A DNA stretch of 63,969 nt, counting the filler, from Licmophora abbreviata (taxonomy: Eukaryota): assembly GCA_900291995.1 (NCBI GenBank). It is 7 parts of 7 records of this genome, joined end to end, with 100 filler letters (N's around TTAATTAATTAA, not from the genome) between each part and the next. Parts side by side here need not be neighbours in the genome. Positions count along the whole stretch, not along the records: positions 1 to 2,347 come from OLMU01001373.1; positions 2,448 to 10,988 come from OLMU01001374.1; positions 11,089 to 31,363 come from OLMU01001375.1; 4 more parts are not named here. One strand, written 5' to 3'. The notes beneath the pieces were generated by a model. It was not told where the DNA came from, ran no database searches, and saw nothing but the letters and a program-made list of their open reading frames with translations. The first letter of the stretch is position 1. Every line of letters begins with the position of its first letter. A program made the position numbers and the translations under genes. Positions 1 to 13,074 of this stretch are shown here, piece by piece.

Positions 1-820
1 CCCAATCCCCCCAGTGCACCAGTGCGGGTTCGCACGGCGGCGACGACGATGATGATGCCATGGTGGACGCCACAAACGAGGGAGCTGCAATCCAGAGCAA
101 CAAGACGTTTTGGAATAAACTGATAAACCAAAAGTTGAAGAGGATCCATAGGGTTGGGTTCTTGAGAATTTGAATGTATCCCCCCGTCCGAATCACCTCC
201 CATCGGTAGTCTTCGTCGCCTTCCCATGGTGGCCACGTGTACCCACCTCGTCGATTGAAATTCCACGTCAGTCGGACTCCCCAAAGGGTCGCCAAGCATG
301 CCATGAGCAATGTCCTGGCATCACATACGGCAAGCCACGTATAGAGAAAGGGAAGAATGCTCCATAGCTTGTCGACCTGGGAGTAATTCTGCGAAAGCGA
401 CGAGACGAAAAAGGTGCCGAGGACGACCCATGTCAAGAGGACGGCAGCCAAAAAATAAGGACTCTCGCGACTCTTGACGCCATCCAAGACTGCGTCAAGG
501 AGACCGCAATCATTAGTGTCCATTCTTTAGAGGTCGATAGAGGAGGGAGAGAGAGACTGATGCACTGTGCCCTAGCGAGTTCGAGGACGACGCAGGGCGG
601 AGACGACATCAGTGTGTTAGTGTTAAAGTAGTGATGAGTGAGGCTCCTTCACTCGTGACTCACTCAGACCTCTCAGTCACGATTCTTCGAGTCGAGTCCC
701 GCAAGTCGAAAGAAGTTTGCAGCATTTACACAAAGCGTCAAAAACTAACAATGACCGGCGCCACCACATCCTCGATAGAGACGATCGCGACGCTCACAAT
801 AAACTCGCTCTCAATCCACC

Positions 821-2293
821 ATGCCTCGACAGGATGAAGAGACTGAGAGTCTTGCTGTCGTTGTCGATGTAGCCGATCAAAGTGATATTAGAAGCGTCGC
901 TTCCTTTGAAATTGATGCACCGGACGACGACGACCCACACGCTGCGGGTTTGGGTGGGACGCTCTCCTCGGCTGTGCTGGGAATCATCAAAGCCATGGTA
1001 GGACCTGCCATTTTATATCTCCCGCATGGTTTCGCCTCTGCTGGATACATTATTGCGCTACCCATCTTGACAGTAGCAACACTACTCTATCTATACAGCA
1101 GTCAATGTCTGTTGGAAAGCTGGAAGCTTGAATCTCAAAGAGCGCTGGTTCCCACTATAATCACAGAGGACGAGGACGAGGCAGAGCCTCTGCAAGAAGA
1201 AGAAGAAGAAGAACCAGAGGGACGGTTGAATCATGTCAAGTCGTCCTTTCATACTTCCTATCCCGAATTGGCACGCCGTGCACTGGGAGATCGCGGCGAG
1301 CTCTTGGTGAAACTGGGAGTCGCGCTCATGCAATCGGGGGTTTGTCTGACGTACCTGATCTTCGTCCCGCACAATCTACACGTATCATTAGTCATGCTGC
1401 TGGGGTGGGACTGTTCTCCTGAGCTGTGGCTGGCTGTCATGGTTCTGATACAGATACCTCTCAGCTGGATACGTGATATTCGAAAGTTGACCATGACCAA
1501 TCTACTGGCGAACGTTTTGATAGGATACGGGCTAGTCTTATGTTTGGCATTCGCCATGGCTGCTGCCGTCACGGACGATGAGACAGCGAGACCGAGTGCG
1601 GGCAACTTATGGAGTCATGTGACTCATTTGACGCCTTTTGCGGACCACTGGTTCCTCTTCATAGGGACAAGCGTTCTTTTGTTTGAGGGATCCATCACGC
1701 TGCTCGTACCGTTGCAAGAAGCGGTGCAGGAGCCCAGCGATCGCGCCAAGTTTCCAGCGCTGTACGCGAAAGTCATTCTTGCTATTATTGCTTTTTACGT
1801 CCTCTTTGGTGTTGCGTGCTGGATGTCCTTTGGCAACGACGTGAATACAGTACTGACGACGTCGCTGCCCGCGGGGTGGCTGGCCACGTCGGTACAACTG
1901 GCCTACAGCGTGGCAGTCATTTTCACCTTTCCCCTGCAAAACTTCCCCGCGTTGGAAATTGCATGTCGATCTATTGCCAAGACCTTGTCAAGCAGGTTCG
2001 GCACCACACGGTTGAGCTGCCTCTGGACGAACCGGGATTTTGTGGCGTCCGTATTGGTGTGCTTGCTGGCAGTGGTGGCTCTTACGACAATGCATTCACT
2101 GGACAAGGTTGTCAGTCTCATGGGAAGTCTCTGTGGATGCCCGATTGCGTTTGTATTTCCGCCACTTATTCACAGCCATCTAGACGATAGCTTGTCCCCC
2201 TGGCGAAGATGCTGCAACTATGCCGTAGCTGGACTGGGCCTGACTGCCATGGCGATTGCTTCGGTAACAACAATCGTGCAATGGCGGGTGTAA
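821..2293 (+). CDS. Amino acid/auxin permease (AAAP, Aa_trans; SLC36/AVT3-like) amino acid transporter
   Basis: Single 490-aa ORF with about 11 hydrophobic segments. Motifs IIKAMVGPAILYLPHGFASAG, QIPLSWIRDIRKL, FIGTSVLLFEG and FTFPLQ are typical of SLC36/AVT3. Acidic cytosolic loop. Confidence 0.9.
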   Translation: MPRQDEETESLAVVVDVADQSDIRSVASFEIDAPDDDDPHAAGLGGTLSSAVLGIIKAMVGPAILYLPHGFASAGYIIALPILTVATLLYLYSSQCLLESWKLESQRALVPTIITEDEDEAEPLQEEEEEEPEGRLNHVKSSFHTSYPELARRALGDRGELLVKLGVALMQSGVCLTYLIFVPHNLHVSLVMLLGWDCSPELWLAVMVLIQIPLSWIRDIRKLTMTNLLANVLIGYGLVLCLAFAMAAAVTDDETARPSAGNLWSHVTHLTPFADHWFLFIGTSVLLFEGSITLLVPLQEAVQEPSDRAKFPALYAKVILAIIAFYVLFGVACWMSFGNDVNTVLTTSLPAGWLATSVQLAYSVAVIFTFPLQNFPALEIACRSIAKTLSSRFGTTRLSCLWTNRDFVASVLVCLLAVVALTTMHSLDKVVSLMGSLCGCPIAFVFPPLIHSHLDDSLSPWRRCCNYAVAGLGLTAMAIASVTTIVQWRV

Positions 2294-2347
2294 GAAACAA
2301 CCTGCACTGGCGAGACGAATGCAAGATTCTTACCGAACTTAAGGCGC

Positions 2348-2447
2348 NNNNNNNNNNNNNNNNNNNNNNNNNNNNNNNNNNNNNNNNNNNNTTAATTAAT
2401 TAANNNNNNNNNNNNNNNNNNNNNNNNNNNNNNNNNNNNNNNNNNNN
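2348..2447. other. Artificial contig-joining linker N44-TTAATTAATTAA-N44
   Basis: Identical 100-bp spacer occurs six times; the core gives stops in all six frames. Confidence 0.98.
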
Positions 2448-5400
2448 CTTTCCAACGCTCTTCATCCCAGAAAAGATCCCTTGCCCGCACGACAACACGC
2501 CGTCGGCAGCTCCCATGACGGCGGATTCCACGCCTCTGCCGACACCAGTGCCCACAGATGCTACACCGTCTACCAATCCGGACGCAACTGCCTTTCCGTC
2601 GCCAGTTGTGATTCCTTTTCCGATGCCCTTGCCTGCAATCACGACACCGCCGGTGACTGTCGGAAATGGAAGCGAAACAATTAGCTTGAAAGTTCAATAC
2701 GAAATCGTTTTCATCGCGACGCAACGTACCTCCGCCGAAGACTTGTCCTACACCTTTCCCCGCTCCCTTGAGGACTTTTCCGGCACCGTCTCCAACTGGA
2801 GCAATAAAGAGTTCAAAGTCAGTGACTCATGCAAAGAGAGGGGAGTCAGGGACGATTTGTCGGCTTACCTCCTATCACAGTGCTTCCGACGCCAGTGCCC
2901 AACCCCGTTACAACACTGTTGACGCCTGCACCCACGGCCCTAGCCCCGACCTTCTCTGTCGCATTCTCGATTTCATTCCCGATACTACTCGCAACGTTCG
3001 ACACTCCGCTTCCGAGACCTCTTCCAACCTTCTTGAACACGTACCCAACCGTACGACCTGCGACGTGTCCCGTGGCGCGAAGAATGTCGCCTTCGACGAA
3101 CTCATCGTCGCCCGTCTCGCGGGAAGCAAGATTTTTCCAGTCCTGGAATGTCGCCGCAGTCATTAGCGACACAACTTTGAGCTTCATTCGCGACATGTAC
3201 ACTGCTCCAAGCATTTCGATTAGACGGTCGGAAGGTCCTTTGATATTGGATGCGTCATATCGAGCGAACCGTAGCTCAGCTCTGTCAATGGTGAACTTCA
3301 ATTGTGTCGTGAAATAATTCATCACATTTGCCATTTTGTTGCCTTTTGCCAAGCTGTAACGAGCTGCCTGTGGTTTTCGTTTAAATGTGACGATCGCGAC
3401 AAAGGGAGAGACCCGCGCTCGATTGATCACGAATAATCGGTCGCTTTTTGGTGGTGTGTACATTAGAGTGTCTTCGTTGGAAGAATTGGGGACCACATCC
3501 GTCGCAGTGGCAACATATCCACCCTGGACTTCATCCCAGTCCAGTGTAAGCTCCACACCTGCAAGACCAGCGATCGCAACAATGATTCGATCGGTCAAGT
3601 CGATGAACTTCCACACGAACTCCTCACTAGTCCTGATTGTGATTTTTTCAGATTTCCCATCCAGGTGAGCAAGATTGAGATCAAAAAGATCTACTTTCAC
3701 AACGTCTGAGTCGAGGGGCCCACGAGTTCGGACACAAAGGTCGAAGAAGCTGACCCCAGGACCGGATTCAAACACGACCGGAAACTCGCTATCCGGTGCG
3801 CAATCAAGAACCTGCACCTCGTGGACAATCATGGAAAACTGAGACCTCTCAGTCGATTGTAACGACGTCCGGCTGTCCGGGAGAGACGCAGAACCGGCCT
3901 TGAATATCCGTTGCCAATCGATAGTGAATCTACGAAATACGACAGTACAAGTAGGCCGTTGCGTATGCTTCTCGATTTCTTGCTGCTCCTCAAAGTATTC
4001 CTGACGGGCTTCCATCCATCCCCTCGGCGAACGCTTCCTTTTGAAAAAGAATTCTGTTCCAGAGTTCGTATCGACGAGATGGTCCAGCGCTGTCTCCACA
4101 AAGGCAATATTTCTCTCGTCGTCTACATTCAGTGGACGTGTCTCATTGAGGGTCACCTTTAGCTCAGACCAGCGGACTCTCAGGCGTAGAATGTCCTTCG
4201 ACATCATTCCTTTCGATCCACGTGCCTCAGCGGCAATTGTCCCGTGCGTTACCATCGAATCGCCAAACATCACTTCTCCCAGCTTCACAACCAAGCGGGA
4301 GTTTTCATTTCCAATGATGGTCTGAATCGCCACTGTGCCTAGCAGGCCCCCTTCGGAATCCTTAATCACCGATACCCTGAAGCCAAGCGAATCGACTCTA
4401 ATCGGAGCCGTTCGGCCCCCAAATGCCATATAGTTCAAGGCAATCGTGAGGCCCAGCTCCTGAGAACTACGTACCGGTACGACTTTGCCCTGTCCGATCA
4501 TCAGTTCGCATCCATCGTCCTGTCTAAGGCCTACTCGGTAGTCCTCGCTTCCATTGAAGACCACATATTCTGGGATAATATGAAGCTGGAACTGATATGC
4601 ATTGACAAGCCTTCGGTACGCGAAATAGCCAGATTCAGTATTGTCCTCCCATCGGATAGCGGAGCAATCAATGCCTCCTTCTCCAGCAACAACGTCTTCC
4701 AGGCGAAACCGTTGGCTTCGCCTGAAACCTTCGGTGCTTTCCATGGTCAAATGAAGGAGAGTGATCATCGACTTTCCCTCTGGTAGCAGCGAAATTCGCT
4801 GCTGATTTCGGGAAGAAAACGCACTAATAGGAGAAGGCGTGCTCTCGAGTGGAGTTTCAAGAGCGACGGACTTTCTCCTTTCATGTGTTTGCGGGCTTTT
4901 CTCGAAGAGAATGCCGCCGGTGTGGTCAAGACCGTAGTTGAAAACTGTGATGACGATCCTCCTGCACTCGCTGTCGGTGTTAGAAGCCACAACTTCTATA
5001 GAATCACGCTCTGGAGCGGATCTTGAACCCTGACCGGCGGAGTCTTCCCCAAAAATGAGTTTGGCCAAATTTTGGTCAGCTTCGGCTATTACAAAATCAC
5101 TTCCGTCGTCAGCACTTCTTGGAGACGAATACTCGTCGTCAACTTTCTGTTCGATGAAAGGAAATACGCATCTCAAAGGCTCTGGAAGACGATAGTCGTG
5201 TACAAGAGGAATATCCACCCAACCGCCTTCCATCCAGCTCGTCTTCCTACCCGCGACTGGATGGTCCGAGCAACTGATGCTGATAGCAATAGATGGTCCA
5301 GGGGTGAACACTTCTATGGCTTCCTGCGTAGACAGCTCGTGAACAACTTGTTCTGGTCGATTTTGATCCGACCCGATTTCAGATCCACTCTGTCGTCGCC

Positions 5401-8400
5401 CACTGTCTTCCCTCATGAAAGTGTGTGGCATGGGTGTGCGGATACGAATGCCAACCGGAATTCTGTTTTCTATCACAATCCGGGGCTCGAAGTAAATCTG
5501 CAAGAAAGGAAATTTCCTGTCGACCAACGACTGAATTAAGCACACCTGAGCGACAAAGGGATCTGGTACAGCAATTCTGGGGTCTTCCAAAAAGTTTTCT
5601 TTCGGGGCTCGGAAAGTGACTTCGAATCGACGTAGCAGATGGCCACCAGCGATTGAAGTTTCTTTTGCCACGTGCCCAAGAGAAGGAATGACTAGGTCAC
5701 CTTCCAAGACCATCTCTTGATCCAGACAAGGGTTCACTCGTAGTACAGCGCAGATGCCGGTCTGATCGGTGACTGGGTCAGTCAAAGCTGCAAGTAAATC
5801 GACGGGGAGGCCAAATTTCGAAGACGGTATTGAGAAGCTGCCGTCGCTTTCGTCCGTGTCGAAACTTGGAATGTTCGCTCCGCGAACCGTTGATCTCGAT
5901 TGATGCTCGCCACAGATACCTACGTCATACGCAGTACCAGAGGCAACAACAGCGACACGGAAAGGAATTGAGCTACGATTGAACATATCAACAGGACTGC
6001 TGAGATGCAAAACCTAATATTTTCACATACAACGAACATCATGAGACCAACCATCAGCCTGTACAACATAGTCAGCACCATCACGTCATCATTTGGCTTA
6101 CCGTTGCTTTCCCCTCTTTGGCTACGTGCGAAAGCAAATAGCGCCCACGATCCAGAAGATGAGCTTGTCGGGGACGGCTCAGTTCAGCATCAATGTGATC
6201 GATCTTCATCGCTCTGTCTCCCACATATATTGTCAAGCATTTCATTTGTGTAACGTCCTGGCCGTACAATCGCTGCCCACCGTAACCCTCGCCAGTTGGT
6301 AGTTTGAATCGAAAATATCGAACCACGCCCGATGGACAGGACCAGCGACAACTTCTGTCCTCATTTATCATAAACGTCACATCTGCCCCCGAATGATTCT
6401 CAATCGCGTACGGTAGCGAGGTGATTAGTTTCCTAGCAGCGGATGCAGCCAAGCTTTTTCTAGGCTTTTCCGCTATGTGTTTTGGTACTCGTTCAGTCGC
6501 CTTATCGGAAGCCATTGAATAGATAGACCACATTTGGCTGGCCGCAGCCAGGCTGACAAGGAACCGTTCAGAGAAAGATATGTGACACGGGAACGATTCA
6601 AGGTCTACCGTCGTCGATAGGCGGTCACCCTTGAATCGTCTACTCTTGCCACGAGTGCTCTTGAGCGTGAGCTCCCACGGTCTTCGGAGCAGAACTTTCC
6701 ACAGGCCGACAGAAGAGTCGAAGTAGTCTGCCACCAAAGACATGTTGACAGAAGAGTCGAATGTGGTCTGGATGACATCGCCTCCTAAAGAAGAGACCAT
6801 ATCCTGCACGATCTCCGCACCCGCGACAAAGTTCTTGGCAGTGATCCTGAAAAGGGCCTCGTCAAGACCTTGGAGATCGTTGATAACTGTAAGACTAGCA
6901 TCTGGAAACGTGAAGTTGACCCTTGTGACGATAGAAGAAAATACAGCGCCAACAGGGTTCGTAGCATTGGACGACGATGCATCAGAAATAGATCTGCTCT
7001 CTTGATCCATCAAGCCGCCGTCGCTTTCCACTTCTATATTGGCATCAAGAGCTGTCGCTAGCTGAGAGATTCGACGCGTCTGACTTTCATTCATAGGATG
7101 AAGCGATTCACCACGAGGCTGTTCGGTTGGTTCGCTTCCGAATGACTCCAAAACACCAGAAAATATGGCGTTCACCAGAGCAGCGTTCTGCATCGAGAAC
7201 GTAAGCAAAACTGGTGAGAGCGTTACTGCTCGGATTTGCAATTCTTTAGTATTGTCGTCTCTTGGCGAGAGGTTGAGGAAGCAAGAAATATTCGTAGGCT
7301 CAAGGACCTGGATAGGACTCGTGAATTCATGTCCGAACGCTGTGAAGATTTCCATGTTTTCTCCGTGTAGTTCAACATTAGCTGCGATCATTCGACCACT
7401 GCCCGCTTCATTAGAGAAGTTTGTTTTGGCGTTGAAGTTTCCGCGAAGAACCAACGTCTCCGCAACTGGAGACTTGGCGGAAAACAAGGATGAGCCGGAA
7501 ACCCCTCGAACAGAACTGGAAGAAGCACCCACATCGATCAGGACAATACTACAGTCCGCCGAAACCATGGTTATTGCCATGTTTGTTGAATCTTGCATCT
7601 CGCTTCCTTCAACAAACGAGACTAGCGTGGCTTCGATCGATTCTAGATTGGACTCTGCTTCAACGTCCACGGATTCGTGTGTCTGTTGTTCCACTCTGCC
7701 ACGTAGCTGCACCAACTCCCCGTCTGTCTGTTCAAAGTCGCCCCTGCGATCTAGCGATAAAAACTGCAGCACCTCCGCAACTACATCGGGAATGAAGATA
7801 ATCTGAGGGGACCCGATCCGTAATTCCACAACCGAAGCCTTTTGGTCAACGTTCCGATAGGAAACGTAAAACACGTCCTTTTCGAGCTCAGTATATCTGT
7901 CGGCTTGATGAATCAATGATCGGAATGGGCGGGTATGGAACCCTGGTCTGCGATCCTCACACGACAGATTCCGAAGCGTTGCCTCGCTGGTAAATAAGTT
8001 TTCGTCCGGAACCATTCTGAACGATATGGAGCTCTGATCAGCCCGTACCAGAGCAATCGGTTCCGACTCGTCCTCACCGCAAATTTCCATTGATAGGACG
8101 TCAACCCGAAAGTCGATATATATGCGATTTTCTTTTTCGACAAGCTCTACTCCACCATGAGTCACGGGGGAATTTTCATCTGAAACGGCTTCAATTCCAT
8201 TAAAATCGGGACTGTCTTGAAAGTCAGCCTCACCATCATCTCTCATAGGTGACTCGCGCAGGCAAGGATCAGGCTCGCCAATATTTTGTTGAAGAGTCCA
8301 CATGATCTGCTGATACTGTGGGTGACTCAAGCGGAAGGGTGCCTCTACTATCTCTATTCCAATCCGCATAGCTTGTTTGTCCTTACTGCCAACACCTTCT

Positions 8401-11400
8401 GGCGGCATGTCGATATCCACGGACATAGCTATTGCTTCATTCACCATCTGAACACCTTTGTGATCCTGGACACTCACTTCCGACAATTTGAGCTGGACCT
8501 CGCTGCCTCCAGGATGCGGGAACCCCCGAAAGTCTATATCAAGGCCTCCAGTGTGTAGAGATAAGTGTTCTGTCGCACTAGCGGACTGGGGAAGTACGAA
8601 CTCGAATCCAGTCGCCCGAATCGCGAAAAAATTCTCTCCACCCTCCATATGAGCAATCTCTACGGCAGCTCCCGCTGCCGAGCTGGCCGCCTTCGCTGCC
8701 AACGCCCCGAGGACACCCTCCGTAATATATTCAACGAGCGTAAGGACCTGGGCTTGGATATGCACAAACCTCATGGGAGAAAGCTCCACCCTTGCGCAGG
8801 CGTTACATCTGCTAACATCGGCGTGTCCTGCAGCAAAGGACTGCACAGCGGCTGGGCCTGCGAAGTACTGTATAGAGAGCAGACTGGCCGAGTGGCCTGG
8901 CGCGAGCCCGAGAATTGTTTTGTATGAATTGTGCGTTCGTGTCGTTGGATGACCCTCGATCCGAACATCTCCTAACTCAAGCGCTGTCTTCATGCTGCGG
9001 TAATTATCTTGCAAGGAAAGCAAATTACATTGTGCATCGACCATTGTCAAAGTGAACAGCGGTTCATCGTCACGTGCGGAATCAAGACAAATTTGCATGC
9101 TCTTCATTGTCGCTTTCACAGTCAGAAAAGAGGCATCGTCCGCTTCGACAGCGATTCTTTCCTTTTCCCTTGGCAGACCCGGCGTAGCAACCGAAAATCT
9201 ACGCGGGGAGGTCTCGAGAAAAGCCGGACTGGATCTGTATGCTTCGTCGATTGCGGCGACGCTCCTGCTAAACGAGCGAGTTATCGACTTCACCGCACGT
9301 GGATTCCAGTGGAGATATAGACTCGACAAATTTGCTACAACTGATACATTCGCATCAACCTCTTTCAAATCTTTTGAGAAGATGTTGTACGTAGGATCAG
9401 TCAGCTCGTCACCTTTGATTGCTATGGAAATGTTCGCCAATTCAGAGGAGCCTTTGTGTCCGTCGTCAAAAATACCGAGACGCTGCAATTCGCCCATGAT
9501 ATCATAGACTTCTCCTTCGGCAAAATAATCCGCAGATCGTGGAAGATTCGAATGGGCGATGAGACGCTGCCGGCGAGGGGTCTCATACACGAGCTTGTCA
9601 AGGATCCAGAACCATCCCATACAGAGTCTCACATAAAGACTACCGTCCGACTTCTGCAGTGCCGACGCTGACACCGCCACCAGGTGCGCTTCCACTCCCT
9701 CCCCTTTTTCACCCTTTACCTGAATAGAGAATCGTTTCAAGCTCAGCTCAAGATGCGTCGACGCGAATGGCTGTTCCCAGCTTTGAGTCGATTCTCCGTG
9801 TACAGCGACAGGAGACCCACGAACACTGAAGATTCGAGGTGGAGGCGAATCACCAACATTTGACTCGCGCTCGTTGGAATCGTGACCCTCGTCGAGAATA
9901 GTTATACCCACACCTGCTTCATCTCCAAGTAAAGGCCCTTCTGCCCCACTACGACCTAAGAATTCCATCAAGGTCGGTTTCCATCCAGAGTATACAGCAA
10001 GTATATTGGAGATCTGGTCAGGTGACACTGAGATGCTAATTGAAGGAATCTCCCCAAAAGCACAGATGCGAGGGGCGAGCAACTGACTCTCGACACCAAC
10101 ATCGAGAGAGGCGGATAGCGGTTCGATAATGGCTGTTCCGGTCGAGTCGCTACTGGTACCAACCTCGCCCTTTCTCCAGAAGGTACTGCCTGCTGTACCT
10201 ATTGAAAAATTAAGCTCGCTGAAATTCAACGAGCCGATATCAAACGTATGGTACTTCTTTCCGAGCTGCTGCTGTGCATCGAACCAGCCTGTCACGCTTG
10301 TCGACGACTCGTCCGGCCCGTATCTGAGCTGCAAGCGCCCAAGATTGAAGACAAGTACACTAGCTAACGGGCTCGTGCAAGTTTCCGGTACAACGAGCAG
10401 TGGCGCCTGCAGGTCACAATCTATGGTCCACTTCTTCTTTTGTTCCGTTTTGCTCTTCCAGGCATCGAGCATCGCCGACGTAATTTTGTCAGACACCGCC
10501 TCTGTGGGGGACGAATTCGCATTGGGCAGGTCCAATCCAATTGCAGAGGGCTCCCCCGGATCGGCGTCGTAGAACAGATCGACTGTACCTGAAAGCGATT
10601 CTCTCAAAATGGGATTCTTGTGAAGGCCAGCACTTCCAGGTCTGTTCTTGTTGGACAAGGAAAAGAAACGCTTGACTTCAGTTATTAACAGGGGGGATGC
10701 AATTGTTTCGAACGCCACAAGTCGCAGGAAAACTTGCTGGTCTCCGTTTTTCGCCTTGCGAAGAGAAACTTTGAAGGCCGCTTCATCCCGCTTTCCAATG
10801 TTTCGAAGAACTGTAGGAAACACACTTTTCGGAGTCACCTTGTCATGCACTTCCAGGCTCAACAGCTTCAAGTTGAAGACGTAAGAGCCGTCCGCGTTCG
10901 CATCAAACGAAGTGCTAACGGTCCCCATGTCCAAAGCAGCAACCTTCTCAAGTTGTGACCGACGAGATTCACCTTGAATGAGCCAAGANNNNNNNNNNNN
11001 NNNNNNNNNNNNNNNNNNNNNNNNNNNNNNNNTTAATTAATTAANNNNNNNNNNNNNNNNNNNNNNNNNNNNNNNNNNNNNNNNNNNNGGTGGGACTCTG
11101 ACGTCTGCTCCAGGCTAATCGCCTCCAGTTCTTGCATCTCTTCTATTGTGAGCGAAATCGGAGGGTCGTCTTCGTCTGATGTCTGTTCGACGTTGGTGGT
11201 GCCAAAGAACGAGGCCATGATCCCTCCTGCTTCTCGCTTCTTCTTATTCATAGTTGCGTCGAATTTCAGTTGTTCCCTTTCCATCTGGGCATCGGCAATT
11301 GTACGCCAGGCCATGATTCCCTCCATACTAACAGATCGATCGCGCTCCAATTGATTCAGCTGTGCAAGTTCGTCTTCAGTCAAAGGCTTCAACCACGAGC

Positions 11401-12577
11401 AATTGGCCGCATGTGCATTCCGCTTGTAAATAGGAATGTAGAGCTTCCGTTTCTGAAACCCACGAAAGAACTCAACCCAGGACCGACGTCGGTTCAATCG
11501 ACCAACGCATCGAAACGCATACATCCACCAATCCTTGGCCGATTCCGTGCTGATATGCGTTAGCGGTCTGTACTCTGGAAACAAAGGGCGAGCAGCATTC
11601 ATTGACGGACTCATTGATAAGGCGATCTTATTCCCCAGTTCGAGCTGCGTCCTAGAGAGTAAGATGGACAAATGTGACAGTTCCGACTTGAGTAGATACT
11701 TCGGGAACTCCACACACTTGGTGCTGTCCGACTGTCGCAATCTGGATTCGAACGAAAGCGGAGCAAGAATAAAATCGTGGTCAACTTCAAGACGGTTTTT
11801 TCTTGAAAAAGGGGAGCTCGCCTCATCTAGATAGACTCCAAGCCCATCAATCTGTAACACCTTGAATAGAAAAGACTTCTCGGCGCTCGTTCCACTTCTT
11901 GTGCGGTCGATAAACCTCCGTTGGCCGTCCTCGCCTGTTGTGAAGAGCGAAAGCGATTCTAGGACAACTCCAGCAGAGCTACTGCTTTCTTTCAGAGTGA
12001 TGTGTACATCATTGATATCAACCTGCAGGTTCTCGACAATACGACGGACAAGCTTCTCCGTGAACCCAGCTGACTGCTGTTCACCGGCTTCTCCTTCTGT
12101 ATCACTTTGCAGCATGTCGTCCGCTGCGAGTTTCCGCAGAGCGTTGGCACGTTGCCGATACTCATCGTGCGCTTTCAGACTCTGCTCTCGTTGCGCGTTG
12201 ATATTGTGTATTCTTCGTCCTTCAGTTTCTTCGTCTACGGCTAGATGATCTGCATTCGACACACGATCAAAGGGTTCGACTACCACCGATAGTCCATTGG
12301 CACGTAACACTACGGGCTGACTCGTTATCCGCGACCATGGGACGTCCACCTGAAAGTTTCCAAAGCCTCCGCTAACGACTTTGAAGGGGAGTGCCAAATT
12401 GGGTGACTCTGCCGCTTGTCGATCCAATTCGGCATTGATCGAGTCGATATCTAGTTCCAAAGAATTCAGCTCAATTTTTCCCTTCCAGACGGCCACATTC
12501 AGACTCTCGGCATCAAGATTACGGACATATTTTCCAATGGTGCTCTCGAGCACATCTAAGATAGCTTTCTTGGCCAT
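2448..12577 (-). CDS. VPS13: VPS13-family bridge-like lipid transfer protein (>3300 aa; spans one assembly gap, 3' end lost in another)
   Basis: Chorein_N start MAKKAILDVLESTIGKYVRNLDAESLNVAVWKGKIEL (12577-11089), then ORFs 10934-6102 and 6013-2869 joined in frame by GT-AG intron 6014..6101. VAB/SHR-BD-like PYAIENHSG and PRIVIENR motifs. Gly-rich ATG2_C-like tail continues via two more small introns (~2796..2868, ~2658..2729) to the gap at 2448. Confidence 0.9.
10989..11088. other. Artificial contig-joining linker (inside VPS13)
   Basis: N44-TTAATTAATTAA-N44. Confidence 0.98.
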
Positions 12578-13074
12578 TTGTAAAGGGCTATCGCTGTTCT
12601 CTACACTAATGAAAAGAAAGATCGACCCCGGTCATGCTTTGTTGATGCGAATCACAGGATTCAGGATGTAGTTGCGATGACGCGCGCGCGGAGGATGCTC
12701 TGAAATTCGAACATTCCATAACTCTCGTAGACTTAAAAGAAACCTCGTGTAGAAAATGGAACTTGGAGACCGCGCCGCTGCACGACTGGATGCTCTGGAC
12801 GAGACTTAAAAACTATTCTAGGAAAGAGGAACCGTCGTAAACATTTCCTCTGTCTCGACACTCGGCTCCGTCTTGAGCCGGCAAAGAATGAGCGAGTTTC
12901 GCCTTTTCAATCACCGAGGTTATTGGCAAGGCATACTAACGCGTTGGGACTATTGCCCTCCCATGACCCGTCCCGAGTCTGCCGGCCTCGGTGCCACTTC
13001 CCAGCCTATTACAGTGTTTGACTACGAAAAATCGACCTAAGCTCTACCAAAAAGTAGTAGACACTAACATGGCC

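Noticed and set aside
1..150. Possible 5' end of a minus-strand gene with a hydrophobic, Ser-rich N-terminus
   Set aside because: Truncated by the window edge; frame and start are ambiguous and there is no recognisable domain.
2392..2403. TTAATTAATTAA palindrome recurring six times, as a possible repeat, array or regulatory site
   Set aside because: Always flanked by exactly 44 N on each side; a synthetic six-frame-stop linker, not biology.
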